Positions 63,701 to 64,000 of a DNA stretch of 64,000 bases are shown in pieces. Position numbers and translations under genes: made by a program. The stretch is from Cenococcum geophilum (lineage: Eukaryota). The stretch lies in assembly GCA_050273025.1 (NCBI GenBank), contig CP158636.1, forward strand, positions 4,092,001 to 4,156,000, given 5' to 3'. Every line of letters begins with the position of its first letter. Positions within the stretch are counted from its first letter, which is position 1. The notes under the pieces are model-generated. The model worked only from the letters and a program-made list of their open reading frames with translations, made no database searches and was not told where the DNA came from.

Positions 63701-64000
63701 CTTATAGCTTAGGACGCTATTCCTTTAAAGCCTTAATAATAGCTAAGAGTTCTTTATTATAGATCTTATAGTTATACTCTAGCGTAAAAGTGCTTTGCGG
63801 AGAAGAATGCGACTAATCTTAATTTTCTATTATTATTATACTGAGAAAGGACTCCACTAGAAGCCTAATTTAATGCATTTATCTCTACCACTGTTTTCTT
63901 CGTATAGTTATAGTATGCTAGTACTAGTGCTAAAGTAAAGGCTCCCTTAAGGGCCTTAAACGATTTAGCTTATTTTAGTCCCTATAGCTATCTAATATCC
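54738..64000 (-). mobile_element. Gypsy/chromovirus family D, 3' half (RNase H ~63530-64000, partly deleted integrase, chromodomain ~55270-55470, PPT, 3' LTR 54738-54913), interrupted by family C
   Basis: Minus strand reads VVEINALN..SGVLSQ..VAFFS..NYKIYNKELLAII..IITDYKNL, PPGFLKLL, NRPKKKWDGLY and HPKKLGP. LTR TGTAATA...CGTAACA with adjacent purine tract (minus strand AGGGGAAAGGAG). Confidence 0.82.
55935..62492 (+). mobile_element. Complete Gypsy/chromovirus family C (203-bp LTRs 55935-56137 and 62290-62492), RIP-inactivated
   Basis: TSD GCTAT and PPT AAGAAGGGGGGGG. gag from ~56274 with zinc knuckle ~57320, protease MLNLGAKVNVI ~57550, RT YLNNILIF ~58545, RNase H ~58960-59360, integrase ~59850-60500, chromodomain ~60970-61130. 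Confidence 0.94.

Overview
Repeat-dense, AT-rich region of a filamentous ascomycete genome. It shows a strong RIP signature (TpA excess, CpA/TpG loss, C>T/G>A differences between LTR pairs). Almost all of it is nested, RIP-destroyed transposons: four Gypsy/chromovirus families, a complete Copia, a small non-autonomous Copia-like element, solo LTRs, a piggyBac and a 5'-truncated Tad1-like LINE. One non-RIPed island (~10950-14480) holds an intact SDR gene and a frameshifted SDR pseudogene. The main result is a giant DNA transposon at 28182-54173 (~20 kb once a nested Copia is removed). It has CATCGG-type short TIRs, a TA target-site duplication, subterminal repeat arrays and a Plavaka-family transposase. 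Its cargo includes a truncated Hrr1/SAD-3/ZNFX1-like RNA helicase, a SNF2-family helicase and several unknown genes. A 2.6-kb non-autonomous element with the same ends lies at 23143-25776. Protein calls in RIPed DNA come from manual translation and motif recognition only, and internal coordinates are approximate.
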